A stretch of 64,000 nucleotides of DNA from Klebsormidium nitens (Eukaryota; Plantae; Klebsormidiophyceae). Each line of letters opens with the position of its first letter. Position 1 is the first letter of the stretch. Shown one piece after another: positions 1 through 12,558 of this stretch. Under the pieces are notes generated by a model. The model was not told the DNA's origin. It saw nothing but the letters and a program-made list of their open reading frames with translations, and made no database searches. The DNA lies in assembly GCA_000708835.1 (NCBI GenBank), contig DF237013.1:187561-251560 (forward strand), written 5' to 3'. The position numbers and the translations under genes are program-made.

Positions 1-1163
1 ATATCTAGAGGCCGAGCATGATATAATAAAAGTCGATGCATGCATGCGCAGTACCATGTGCATATATGCGAATAAATTATAGCGTATATATATACCGGTA
101 CTTCACGACGGTATACGTTGCATCATATACATAGACATACAAATATGCGGGACGCAGTAGCTACCATGAGGTAGATGCAATGATGTGCAGTGACATGGTA
201 TTAAGAAACATTGCCGTGCCCGCGCGCGATTTCACATATGACATGCACTGTTGGCACGCACGTACCGGGCATGCACGTACCATGGAGCACGCATGAGAGC
301 GCGCCGAGGTGCGGGATCACTCATGCACTACCGTAATGCACAATTAAAGGGGACGGTCACTGACGCGCCATGAGCCTTTCAGAAATTGATTATTGACATA
401 TGCATGTACATGTTCGTGATACCGCAGCCGCGTACGGATCTGCTGCAGGGCGTTTAGATATTATACTCTTATCGCCGGGAAGCGCGATTACATGTATTGG
501 AAAACGGGGCTGCAATTGATTATATAGGTAGGGATTCTTTTCAAGTTTATTTATCCTGTCCTTTCTATAGTCACTGACGTCAGTTGTGCCAAATATTAGT
601 CAGACCTTGATGATTATTGACTTCCTTCTAATGCTTAGCTTAGCCAAGACATTCGTCGCCAATACCCGCCAGTCCTTGCTGTTACCAGCATTCAAGGCCT
701 TCCATGCATCATTTTCCGATAATATTATGCTCCCAGGTCGCTTATTCCTGTCGAACCTTGTTGAGAGCCTACTGACCTATGTACACCGATACTAGTCAGT
801 CCTGCACAAGAAACCCATAAGCAGCAGGCTGGTCTATCAGGGTGACAACCTGCTTTGCAGACGCATTTTCACTTATTCCAACCCCCAATTGCAATGATCA
901 AATTCGCGATGCTTATAACGTAATAACACTGCTGGCCCTTTCCAATTGCTCACCCCCTTTCTCCAACTTGCCTCCACCCGTCCCTTCGCCATTGCTATAC
1001 CCTGCCCATCCAAATTGCATGTACGTATACGACCTTCAAACACTCCCTTTCGCCGCGTCCGTTCTTGCCGCAGATATGTCTCTTTCTAGCACGTTCCACG
1101 CTTAAATGAAATACCTCCCCGTAGAATTCCAGAAGCAAGTGTCCAACTCGCGACACCCCCCTT

Positions 1164-4100
1164 TCAATTCGATTCAACATGGGGGGGTGAGAAGTCAGGC
1201 TGCCCGGTTGACGTCAGGCAACGGTGCCACATGCGGCTGTCGGGATCAACGTTGCGCGCCTCGCGAATGACCTCAGGGATCGGCAGGAGGCAATAGTGGG
1301 TGTTTACGAGCCCAACGGTGACACCGGTGTAGCCCCCAAACGCGGCGTGGACCTGCAGAAAAGTGTGTTGTCAGAAGCCGGAGTCTTCAAGAAGGTAGAG
1401 GCACGACAATCCCGAGGTCGCCTAGTATTTTGGTGCAAAAGCCCAGCGTCTCCGCAATCGGGGGCGCGCTCGTGACTTGCCCCTAGTAGTAACATGTGAC
1501 ATATACAATCCACAAACCCCCGAGCACCTCTGCCCTTCCCGCGCCTCACTCATAGCAGCCCAATGCTTTTGACGGGCACGGGCTTCTGAGAAGAGGTTAT
1601 GTATCTTTGAAACCAAGCTCACTCCAAGGATGCTGTGTGGAGCAAGCTACCTTCTACGCATACGAATTGAGGGCTTTCGAGTTGCCGGCCGATGTCCAAC
1701 CAAGCCCTGCAGGCTGCGTTCGCGGCAACTACTGTAGTACGGTGCTTTCGATCCCGAAGAACAGTTCTCCGACATGAGAACGGCTGCCAAGGCAGAATTA
1801 CGACTGAATAATTTCTTGCTGTACAGTTCGAACATAAACCAAGTAAACCGAGTTGCAAGTCCTGTGTACCGCCAGTACGTTGATTGCTTCTGCTGAACTG
1901 ACAATCGTGGTGCAGATTTAACACTCTGCGTGCACATGAGCAGTCGCTCAATTGAGAACCTCCTTTACAGTCGTTCAAGAAAAAAAAACCCACGAACCAG
2001 ATGCTCAGAAAAGGGGTGCAAAGCAAAACCGAGGAGCCACGCCATCGCACGCCCCAATTTCGAAAGAATGACTGGAGCTTAGGTACTGGCGCACGCACCG
2101 CATTCTGGCCCAGCACGCTGCAGAGGATGCCGTCCGAGGCGTTGGCGGGCGTGGCGCGGATCATGTATGTGGGGTCGATGTACTTGAACTCAGCCGGGAA
2201 GCCGACCTCCTTGAAGTGCTTCTTCGCCTGGAGGCACAAAGGTGAACCGTTTGGTAGAGCTTATCGTCTTGATCGTTAACTTGGTACTAATCCAAGCCTA
2301 CCTTACTAGTTTGGAAGAAGCGGAGCAGTAAGTAAGGGCAAGACGAACGGACAAATCTTCGAGAACTTTGGGGCAGACTTTGGGATAGAAGGTGGGTCAG
2401 ATTGTCAAACCTGGGAGATCGAAGGATACCAATCACCATAACGTCACCACGACACCGCACGCTATCACGAATCATTTCCCAATATTCGCGAGGATGGGGT
2501 TGCCCGACGCGTCAGTGCCTCCCTCCCTAGCCGTCAAATCTCAAAGACTTCAAGCGCAAGCCCCAAACCTTCCGTGACGTCAGCACGAACCCACACCTGC
2601 TTGACGAACCACTGGCCACTGTGCGCCAGGATCGAATTGCCCGACGCGTCGGTGCCCCCCTATCCGCCACCAAATCGCAATCATCACAAACCTGGACCCC
2701 AAACCTTCTATGACATCAGCACGATCCCGCACCTGCTTGACGAACCACTGCCCAATATCTGCGAGGATTGGGTTGCCCGACGCGTCGGTGCCCCCCTCCC
2801 CCGCCACCAGGTCCTGCCCGGCCCCCTCCGCAATCACCACCAGGCAGTGGCCCTTGCGGTTGATCACCGTCTTCATGTGCTCATAAACGCCGTTGGGGCC
2901 GTCCAGGCTGAAATGCACCTGCAGGATCAGGGTGGCTGACGTCAGCACTCGCCCCTGGTGACGTCAAGCAAGTGAACAGCGCGCCTGCTCGAAGGAGCGA
3001 TCTGCTCGGGTCAGCAGCCGTCGGCAGTGGAGTCAGGTAAATGAGCGAGGATTAGTACAGGCCGCTAGGGTTTTCCAAGCGGAAGTATCAGTTTGCGGGG
3101 GGCTTTGCTCACGTCGACAACGGTTTAAAGTGGCTTGATGCAAGCAAGAGAAAGTGAAACCTGCTGTTTGAGACCTCTCCGGAACGCAATTGCTGAAGGA
3201 TGATCCTGAGGTGTGCTGCGCTCTGCAAGGATATTACAAAAGTGAGCGGGTATGAGCGAGCGCTGGTGCCAAAAGTACCTGGAAAGGGCGATGCTGACGT
3301 TGAAAGCGGCCTGTAATGACTTCAGAACGCTTGCTTAGCACTTGTGATGCAGAACGAGCGCAAAGGGTAAAAAGGACAAGCAAGGGTGTGTCTGCAAGGT
3401 CCAAGAGCCGGTTGCCTTTGTTTATGCATGGAGCAACGGAAAATGATCTGATTATTTGAAGGGTTCTATGCAGCTGCGAGAAGACAACGGGATTGAGGGG
3501 GGTATAATGCATGGATGACCACTGCTTTCGCAGAGAACTTGATAAAAGATTGACGAGGTGTACACAAACAAAAAGCCAGATGAAGACGAAACAAACGAAA
3601 GGAAGTCATGTCTGTCCAGCCCAAAACGGAGAGAAAACAGGAGTCAGGTGCTGACCTCAGGGATCAAGCAGCAGTCGACTTGACCGCTGGCCAGGCTGGC
3701 GTACATTGCAATGAAACCTGACTGCCTGCCCATGAGCTTCACAACTCCGACGCCGTGGTAAGCCGACGCGGCTTCGATGTACGCGGCTTTGATGGCCCTC
3801 TGTACGAACCAGAACGCGACACGTGTCAGAGGAAAAGCAGGAGCACTTTGGAGACGGCGAGCTGCGAACGTGCACGTGAAGGTTCTCGACAGTGCTCTGA
3901 TCAAAAAGCGAGACGATCACGACATGCAATGACCACTTTTAGAAGACTCAACTGCGACCCTCGGATGTTTCGCCGTTGAAAGGATGGAGACAGCCGAGCA
4001 AGGGTGAAAGCATCTGAGACTGTTTTACTTAGAATGTTGAAGAGCTCTGTGCAAATCGAAGCCCGGAAGTCGTCAATTTTACGGCAATTTTACGGCAGGT

Positions 4101-7100
4101 ATGGAAGGACCGCTGACCTGTGCCTCCTCGACCGCTGTGTCGAACCCGAAGGTTTTGTCCATCAGCAGAATGTCGTTGTCGATCGTCTTGGGCTGCAACA
4201 GAGGGACAGGAGTACGTCCGGTTTCAGGATTTCGAGCTCGAGGGTCACGTCGGGTTGGCGCAGCATCAAGCATGCAACACGATTTGAACAGCAAAGCCGT
4301 CGTTTCAAACTTTATTTCTGTGTGCGCAAACAGGTCTGGGAAGGTGGCTCTCTGGGAGGATTGTATCAAGCGCACTGACGTTGGACACAGCAAGACGCGC
4401 AGTCCTGTCTTCATGGGCTTGCTGTGAAACTACAATGAGCTAACTCCTGGCTATGATTAGGTGGCAAGGCAGGAGGACGGGCCATGACCTTTATCCGGCT
4501 CTTCTTAGTCCAAGTCAAGAGACTCGAAGGCTGTAAAGCATTGGCCGGACGCAAGCTCACCACTCCGACAACCGCGACCTTGAGCTTGCGCTTGAAGCAC
4601 TCCTGGTGGATCGCCATTGCCCCGGCGTGCGACCCGTTGCCACCAATAACGAACAGCATGTTTGTGCCGCGCTTCTGTACGGTGAGGAATGGACACCGGT
4701 TACGGGCTCAACACAGGGATCCAAGTCGGGTCTTACTGACAGTGTCAACAACTTGCCGCGCTTCAGAAGGGGGGGATTGGTCCCCGGAAGGATGCAAAAC
4801 GGGTGTTCGATGATGATGTCAACAAATAACGAAGGGGTTGCTTTCGAGTAATTGTGTCGAGCACTTGTCGCAGTGCGCCCCTGCTGTGTGGGAGGAGACT
4901 TAAGGGGACAGAAGCGCCTTCCGTGGTTGTAGGGAGGATTCAATCAACCGACAACTCTTTCCACCAACCAAAAGCTTCCGTTTGAGAGAAAGCACAAGTC
5001 GTACAGAAACAGACCACCTATTGGACGTTGTGGAAAAAGCAACAACCGACTGCCAAAGCGTCTGCTTAAACATGAATCAATTGCAATCTGCTTACCTCGA
5101 TGTTATCCACAATCTCAGACGTCTTGCTGTTTCCACGGGACGACCCCAGAATGCTGCCGCCCATCAGGTGGATTGTCGCCACCGATTGAGGGGTCAACTG
5201 CAAGGAGGCACGTGGCAAGATGTAAACGACGGCTTCTCTGTGTGATCCACACTGCAAGCTTTCAATGTGTATCCAGATTCTCGTGATTTCAAACCCTTGC
5301 CACGAAGCCCAGAAAGTAGACGCGTCAGACTGCGACGCACCGACTCCCCAAAGAAGTCCTCAGCGAGCACTGTGACTTGTACGTGTTTGAATCCGAGTGA
5401 TTCCGGCGGTCATGCTCGATGAGACCAAGAATGCAAGCCTTTGATGGCAGGGAAGCCGTAGGGATCGAAGCAGCGATTGGACGAGCTGATGGGGTTTGAA
5501 AAAACCTGCTTGTAGATCACATCACATGTCACACTCTGAAGAGCAGTGGTTACAAGCTAATCATTGACTGTGCTATATTTTGAGATAACCAGGTCTCTCT
5601 GGCAATTTTTCAGAGGAAAACAGGTACAGGGTAGCTAGCCTTACGTCAATGTCTCTGATTTTCTCGTCGATGAAGCCCTTGTAACCATAAGCGATGCCCT
5701 TCACGTCGGTGACACCGTAGGTTGTCAGAGTCAGCGCAATCTGCAACGATTCGAAGCGCTGAGACTCTGGTTGTGAAAACAAAAGGGGAAAGATCGCAGA
5801 ATTGATGTAGGATGTAGGGTAGATAAGGTACTTGTGAGGAGAGTAGGCGGATGGAAGGCTGCATTCGGATACAACCATTTTCGGCATGCCAAGAGTGCCT
5901 ACTGTTATGAGAGCCAAGGCCATTTTTCCAATCTACTGCTCCTCAGGATTTTCGTGTTTCTCAAAACATCCCGCCGACCTCTATTCATTCTCATAACCTG
6001 ACTCTAGCTGAGTATCCTCCACTCGACCACCCTCAGATCAGAAGCTCTGCAAAGTAGCCACTCATGCTGAAGTGTCCACAACTCTGGCACAGTCAATCGG
6101 TGGAAGCAATCAAAAATGTGCCGTTCATGGGGGCCCCATTTTGACGAACAGTCCAGGCACAAGCAATCGAAACTCCAATGGAAACCACCATCAGGTGTTC
6201 AATAAGCGCAAGGTTTACAATTTCTTGTCGAAGGAAGGGCATTGGCAACAAAAGCACACGAATAATTGGGATTGCGTGCTTACCTGCCGGATGACGTCGT
6301 TCAAGCCGGGGCACAGACCTGCAGGGTGCACAAAACAACCGAAGCTGAGTAGACTACTTGTATGGTTTATTCGACTTGTTGATCCTTCTGAACGGCCTTT
6401 CAGCCAAGTACACCTAGAAACACAAGCTCTCAATAAGGACGAGGGACCAGCTTTCACTTTTGCTGCCAGTCCAGTGGACGTACCAACGAGCATCTGCCTT
6501 CGGTAAGATCCATGATTATGATACTATTAGCACTGACCAGTAGTATGTTACTCCATAAGTTCTACCAACAGGACTTAGAAGGTGTTGGTAACTCGGTCGA
6601 AATGGACGTAACCGGTCCGCAAAGGAATCCGGCGAGCTATATATGCCCTTGCTGAGCATCTTCTGAACAAGTCAGAGTGCTTGGATGCCTAGAACTTCAA
6701 GCAAAGAGTCTATAACTATATCAGACCAACAGTGACCTCCTCTTCCTGCTATTGCAAGGTCAAAACTGCTCTCTTTCCTTGAATCAGTCCTGAATATTGG
6801 CTTTACACTTCCTCAACGTTGACCATTCTTAGGGCGCCAATAGTGTTTACTCATTTCAAAAGTTTGGAAGGAGTCAATCTATGCTGAGTTGGACTGCGTT
6901 TCTTCAGGGGGTTCAGCTATTTCATACAGTCGATCTATGCAGAGAAACCAGGAAGGTTGCGGTTCCCTCGAGAACGACACTGCAAAATGGATCAAAGCCG
7001 CTCTGAAGCGAGCCGTAGATTACCTCCACAGGTGACGATAGCAGCATTCACCTCTGTAGGCTCAAAGTAGATGTGGGACCGCGGCCCTGCTCTACTTAGC

Positions 7101-9332
7101 CTGCACTTGAACACAGGAATCGCTCAAGCGTCTAGATCGTGTGCATTTTGCAAGGCTTTGAGTGCGGCAATTACGAACTTATCATCACGTGCACACATGA
7201 TCGGCAAGTCCTTGACCACCTGGTTGTAAGTGAACAATTCTTATACATGGCTGGACAAGAGACGGCTCTCAGTGTTCCGTTCAAGACAGAACAACTCTTT
7301 CGAATGTCTCAAACGCGCTCAGTTGGTGCGAGCGCTATGTTCTTCAGATGCTTTGCGCATCATTGCAAGTTTCTGGAGTCGTGCGCCCTTCTAAGCGAAG
7401 CCTAAATCTCACAAAGAGAACCAAGGCATGCCTACTGTAGTGGACCAGGGCCTCCAATAAACTATGATCAGAGTGGTGTTCGCAGTCTGAGATGCCAAGA
7501 TATCATGAGAGTCAAATGCTCACCACCAGTGCTCAAAAGTGCAATCATCGTTCAAGCACTCTGCACCTGATGAGCTAGCGTGCGCATAACGGATAACCTG
7601 CATAGAAAGGACTTGAGTTTGTCCCCCCAAAATGTCGCTGAGGGTAAGCTTCCTGCTTCAAATTTGGACCCCAACAGACCTCCTGATAATTATACTGGCT
7701 AGAGATTGGAAGGTTTACCGTGATGCCTTGCATCAACCTGTCAATACCGTAGCACCATCTGAGTGGCAGCTTGCTCCATTATACTAAACAGGTGTACGTG
7801 ATGAACTCTTAAGTCCCTGTGTCAATCAGGGGGCTTCCTTTTGCGAGGAACTTTTTCCTTTGAAGTCAGTTGAAGATCTAAGAAGGCAATTGCTCTATGC
7901 TGGAAGCAGAAGGGTTGCAAGAACGAATACGTCCAAGTGATCTCATGAGCACAGATACTCATAAGGATATGAATCTTTCACATCTTGTATTGTTTAAGGA
8001 CAGCACCGAAAATATCCACAAGGAGGCTGTTTCTTCTTCCACCTCGACCCTGAGGTTTTGCATGTTAAAGTATCAGGAATCGAATTTGAGCGAGGAAGTT
8101 CACCTTAAGGAGCACGCGGTCCCTGTCATCAACAAACATCTTGCCGAGTTCCTTAGCGCGCAGGGGACCTTGGACATTGCCTCGGATGAGGCAGCTGCAT
8201 AAGATCGAACTTTTTTCCTCTCATGATCTTTTCAAACGTCTCCTTGAGAGCTGTCATAATGTTTGGCATATGTTGCTTATTGGTTGGATTCCAAAGGCTC
8301 GCATATGACAAATGGAGAGGCAGCGAAGGGACTGAAATGGAGGGAACTACATCAAGGAAGAGGCAACTTGATTTTCTATCTGGGGGTTGAAGAGCATGCA
8401 AAGTTTGGCCTTTCATCATGCGAATACGAATTGAGAAGAATCCAAAATTGAGGCATCCGAAGGTTTTAGGAAACTCATCATTGACCAGATTAAACATGCA
8501 AGTGATCTCTGTGCAAAGAGTGTCGATCTTCATAAGAAGCTTCCCGTTCGCCAGCATTGGCCTGGGCTTACAATTGTCAGCACTAGAAGGAGAAAATATT
8601 GTGGTTATGTTAGGAGGCTTTTGTGTTGACATCATGAATTTCAAAAAGTGAGCGACCAAAGAGTCAAATTGAACTTGGAATAGCACTTTATGGGTAATTG
8701 AATCCTGATTGTTGCAGAATGTGGCAGCGATCTGAGCTTCATCCACCCTCAGTTGGTAAGTTCAGTCCAGGAAAATGCTGATTGATCCTGGAACCAACCC
8801 AGGGAACATCAGATTCTAGCTCAGATGTGACCAGAGTCTCCACATCGGAACCCCGTCTGCTGATTGTTTTTACGAATGCTTACCTTGATTTTGTTGAGAA
8901 GGTCGAGTACTTGGGTACAATGTCAGGGAACAGATCTGTAATGTGCGGCAATCTGAACCGTTCGTTGCTCTTCTTCAGGCCTGGCATGTCTGGGGGGTCC
9001 TCATCAAAGCTGTAAGCGGTGCCATTGGTTTCAATCGTGCTCTCCAGCGGCTGTCCTATGCTGACTGCCATTGTCAAACCCTCTCCAGCCTCACCACTAT
9101 TGCGCCGCAGACCTTGGCCAACAAATGCAGATGCCAAGCTTCCCTGACAGCGCTTTGATCTAAGCACACGATGGCTTCGAGTAAAACCTTTGCTGACTGG
9201 TAATTGCCAATCAGGTTTTGCAGGCGCCCGACAAGCTTCTGTGTTGCGTCTGACGTTCTGAAGCTCGCCAGATGTGTTGATCGCATGAGCAGTGGGCTGA
9301 CAGAGGCACGTCAACTGGGTGATGCTGGTCAT
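1164..9332 (-). CDS. PFK5: ATP-dependent 6-phosphofructokinase, plant group B / plastid PFK5-like (13 exons, about 586 aa)
   Basis: Exons in transcription order: 9332-8884, 8194-8104, 7597-7524, 7100-7024, 6318-6284, 5740-5645, 5197-5096, 4674-4561, 4192-4118, 3799-3656, 2918-2733, 2227-2099, 1352-1164 (1761 nt, all GT-AG, phases consistent). Motifs: [117 protein letters not shown]. The S/T/R-rich N-terminus resembles a transit peptide. The start codon choice (9332) is less certain. Confidence 0.95.
2410..2810 (-). repeat. Three-copy 136-bp tandem duplication of the 3' end of PFK5 exon 11 plus its donor site
   Basis: The real donor is at 2733 ([11 protein letters not shown]|gtgcgg). Decayed copies have donors at 2597 ([11 protein letters not shown]|gtgtgg) and 2461 (LANIGK*FVI..|gtgcgg), exactly 136 nt apart. 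Confidence 0.9.
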
Positions 9333-12300
9333 TGTCACCCTCCCTGAATGAATCAGCGGTGTTGGTGCAAGCAGCTGAAGGGGCCAACTTTGATCTGCCC
9401 CCCCACTGCCTCCGAGAGTGAGATCTGCACGCCAATTGCTCCCAAACCAGACAAAGAATTGGATCTGAAGCACACTGCACCACCCGGAAGGCACAAACAG
9501 CCGCGCTTCAGGCGAATTCACGTGAACGATCTGCTGTCATTCTGCAGTGAACTTTGAAATTGAAGCATTTGAAGAGCTTGGGGTAAATTGAGAAGCTGCG
9601 CTTCTTCTCGGAGATATCTATGTTCACGTGATCCGCTTCTGCCACGTGAACGAGCCGGCCGGGTGTTAGGCCCGGTCTGAAGTTATTGCCTTCCGGGGGT
9701 TTGTAGAAAGTTATTCGGTGCTACAAATGTGCCCGGATGTGAAGCCCGGATGCAAGTAGCCGGCCACAGCCTCAGGCCGGCATCACATTCGGGACGCCTG
9801 ACACATGCAATCATTACTTCCACCTGACCTCAGCTAGCTGAGCAGCGATACACGTTACTGATAGTGAATACAAAGGTGGCCAGCTATAGCCTTTAATAGG
9901 GCTGAAACTTTTCAGTACGTTGTAGAGAGCGGAGAGGTTTGCTGCAGTGTTTCAGAAGGTAGGCGCCAGCTACAGTAGCAGCAAGAGGCGCCAATGCCCC
10001 GGGCCGTTAGTAGCTGGAATGCTCATTGGAGCTAGACCACTGCATTCCGAAAGCTGTCCAGTAGTACTATCTGAGTACTTCGGCTCAGTGCCGTTTTTAA
10101 TATCAAGGAAGTCCGTTTGAGTATCGATTGGATGTTCCGGTGAGCAGGTGAGCGCTATGTTCTGCATTCGTATGCGGCTGCATCTGACACCTACAGGAGC
10201 TATACCAATCCTGTAGCTATGCACTTGTGGACCCTATAAGACCCGATCAGTTATTAGATACAATCATATTATGAAATTCAAGGACGTAGATTCAAACATG
10301 AGCTCGTGAGGCGCCCGAGGGCTCCTCGCTGAACTTCAACTCCCTTCCAGCCCCACGAACTTTCAATAGGTACGTCGAAAGGGGCTTTTGAATAATCAGT
10401 CGATGGAAAGGCGCTTTTGAAGTGCTCCATTCAACCCGAATCATGGAGTGCGGCAGCACTATCTTGTCTCAACAATCTTGGCGTCTTTTCTCTTGGGAGA
10501 AGACGCCAAATCTTGACTCTGCTCGAACGCTGGATTGTTGGCACAAAAGCACCGTTGAAAAGCACAGGAGCTGATGGTTCAACATACAAACACAAGCCAG
10601 AGACGTTTTAAAGAAACGGCTAGTGAAGCACTCACAGGAGCGAGGTCTGCTTAAAGTGTTCAACTTGCAGACCCAATACTGTTTCGAGTGGCTGCATATT
10701 CCTTGAAACCTAGTTTTTCCTTGGACTTTGTGCACGCCGTCCGGCGACGAGGGTGGTCGAAAACCTTAAGCGAGCTCACTAGCTCGTTTGCGTGGAGGCT
10801 TTCAAAGCGCACGCCGTGATAGAGAAGAAGGTCTGCTTCAACGAGTGAGAGCCGGGCGAGCGACAACGACCAACCCACCAATCCCACTTAAACATCCCCG
10901 AACGAAGGCTGTGGACCCCTTCGGTACCTATGTGACGAAGTGACTAATCGACAGTAACCTGAACAGGAACTACGCGCGTATGGAATTACCCGATCTAATT
11001 CCGCCTGAGTCGTGCTCTGTTTCGGGATGGGCACGATCCAGTCAGTACTCTTTGTGGGCCGGCACTTGCGTCACTCGATCTGTCATCAGCCCCACGGCTT
11101 TGTTGACTCAGCTGATCAGCCGCCAGTGCTCCAAGGAAATCCCCTTTCAAAAGGCCATTGGAACCATAGTGCTCTACACGGGGGCTCACCGTTTCTAGCT
11201 CGTCACTTTCCGGCTCGCTCGACGCTCGCTCGACGGGACCAGGGGTTGCATACACACATGCATCAGCGAAGGGAGCAACTTCCCGCTACTGACTCATGCA
11301 GTGTGATCTGCTCACTAGAATGCATTCTCGACCAAGTTTGTCATTATAGATCTTGCACTAGCGCGCGTGCGTTCCACGTTGGGTTCGAAACGAAGTCCAT
11401 GTTTGGACCTAGAAGCACGCATGCATGAGCTAGCTATTTGGTCGTTATCCATCATGTAGGGAAAGGTAGATGCTTCAAATCACATGCACACGGTCCTGAG
11501 TTGGAGGGGGATTGAAATTGACGGTCCCTTGCGGAGGAATTCCGCAACCGATCAGGGCTGAAGACTGAATTGCTGCTCCGACCTTTAGGGTCAGCCCATG
11601 GCGGACGGACCATCATTGCGAGCAACCGCTGTCGAGGAATCGAGGATCCGGGCCAAGTCCGAAGCTCACATGAAGTAATGCATTAGCATGGCAACAGAAA
11701 CAAATTCTAGGAGGAACAGTTCTTGGTTCCAATCTGCAGTGTTGTGCCGCCGCGGCCTCCATGCAGTGACTTCTCTGCGCCCGCTAACCGCGTCCGACTG
11801 CTTGTGTCGTAATTGGCTTGCACGCGTGCTGTCTGCACTTTACCATGAAGACTTGTCCTATTCACTACAGTTTAAGCACTTACTCAGACAGAAGCAACTC
11901 CTATGAGAAACTACCAGAATTCTGATCTTACAGGATATTGCAACTGGGATCAAGGGCCCGCATGGATATTTTAGTATTCAAGCGCATTCAATCATCAAAC
12001 CAGTCTTTGGCTTATACAGCCCGCCGTCTATTTGTTCGCGGCTCCAATCTACCGAAGCACGCTGCTGATCAGTGTTTGGGTTCAACTAAATCTAGCTTTG
12101 CCAAAACTTGTGACGCGCGCGAAGGACTTCTAAGTAACCTAACGTTATTCGGCTCTGTCAATCCATCGTTATCAGAGTATTTTGGTTCGTCTCCGGCTGG
12201 AGCTCACAGTACGCTCACTCTAGCTACGCCATAAATTTGATATGGGTTCAACACACAAGTGAAAACATGTCCTAACGTACATCCTACGATCACTGGCGAT

Positions 12301-12558
12301 CAAACGATCAGTTCAGTGCAAACAACCACAGACCTTGACTGGGTTTTTCTGTATTGACTGCTCGAAAGTGCACACCACAGTATAATACACAAGCCGGCCT
12401 CTTTTGCCGTCTAGAACCTGCGTCTATCTCCCACTTTCCGGTCACCTCATTCCTAGGCGTGCCGAGGCACTCTAACACCAAGTGACATTACGCCACGCGC
12501 TGTCCGTTATTCCGCTATTCCATTGATGGCGTGCTCCGCTCCAGTTCCGAGTGCAAAC

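Noticed and set aside
10995-11255. Acidic 86-aa minus-strand ORF as a possible extra MYB terminal exon or small gene
   Set aside because: The MYB frame already stops at 12559, I found no convincing donor/acceptor link, and no homology is recognised.
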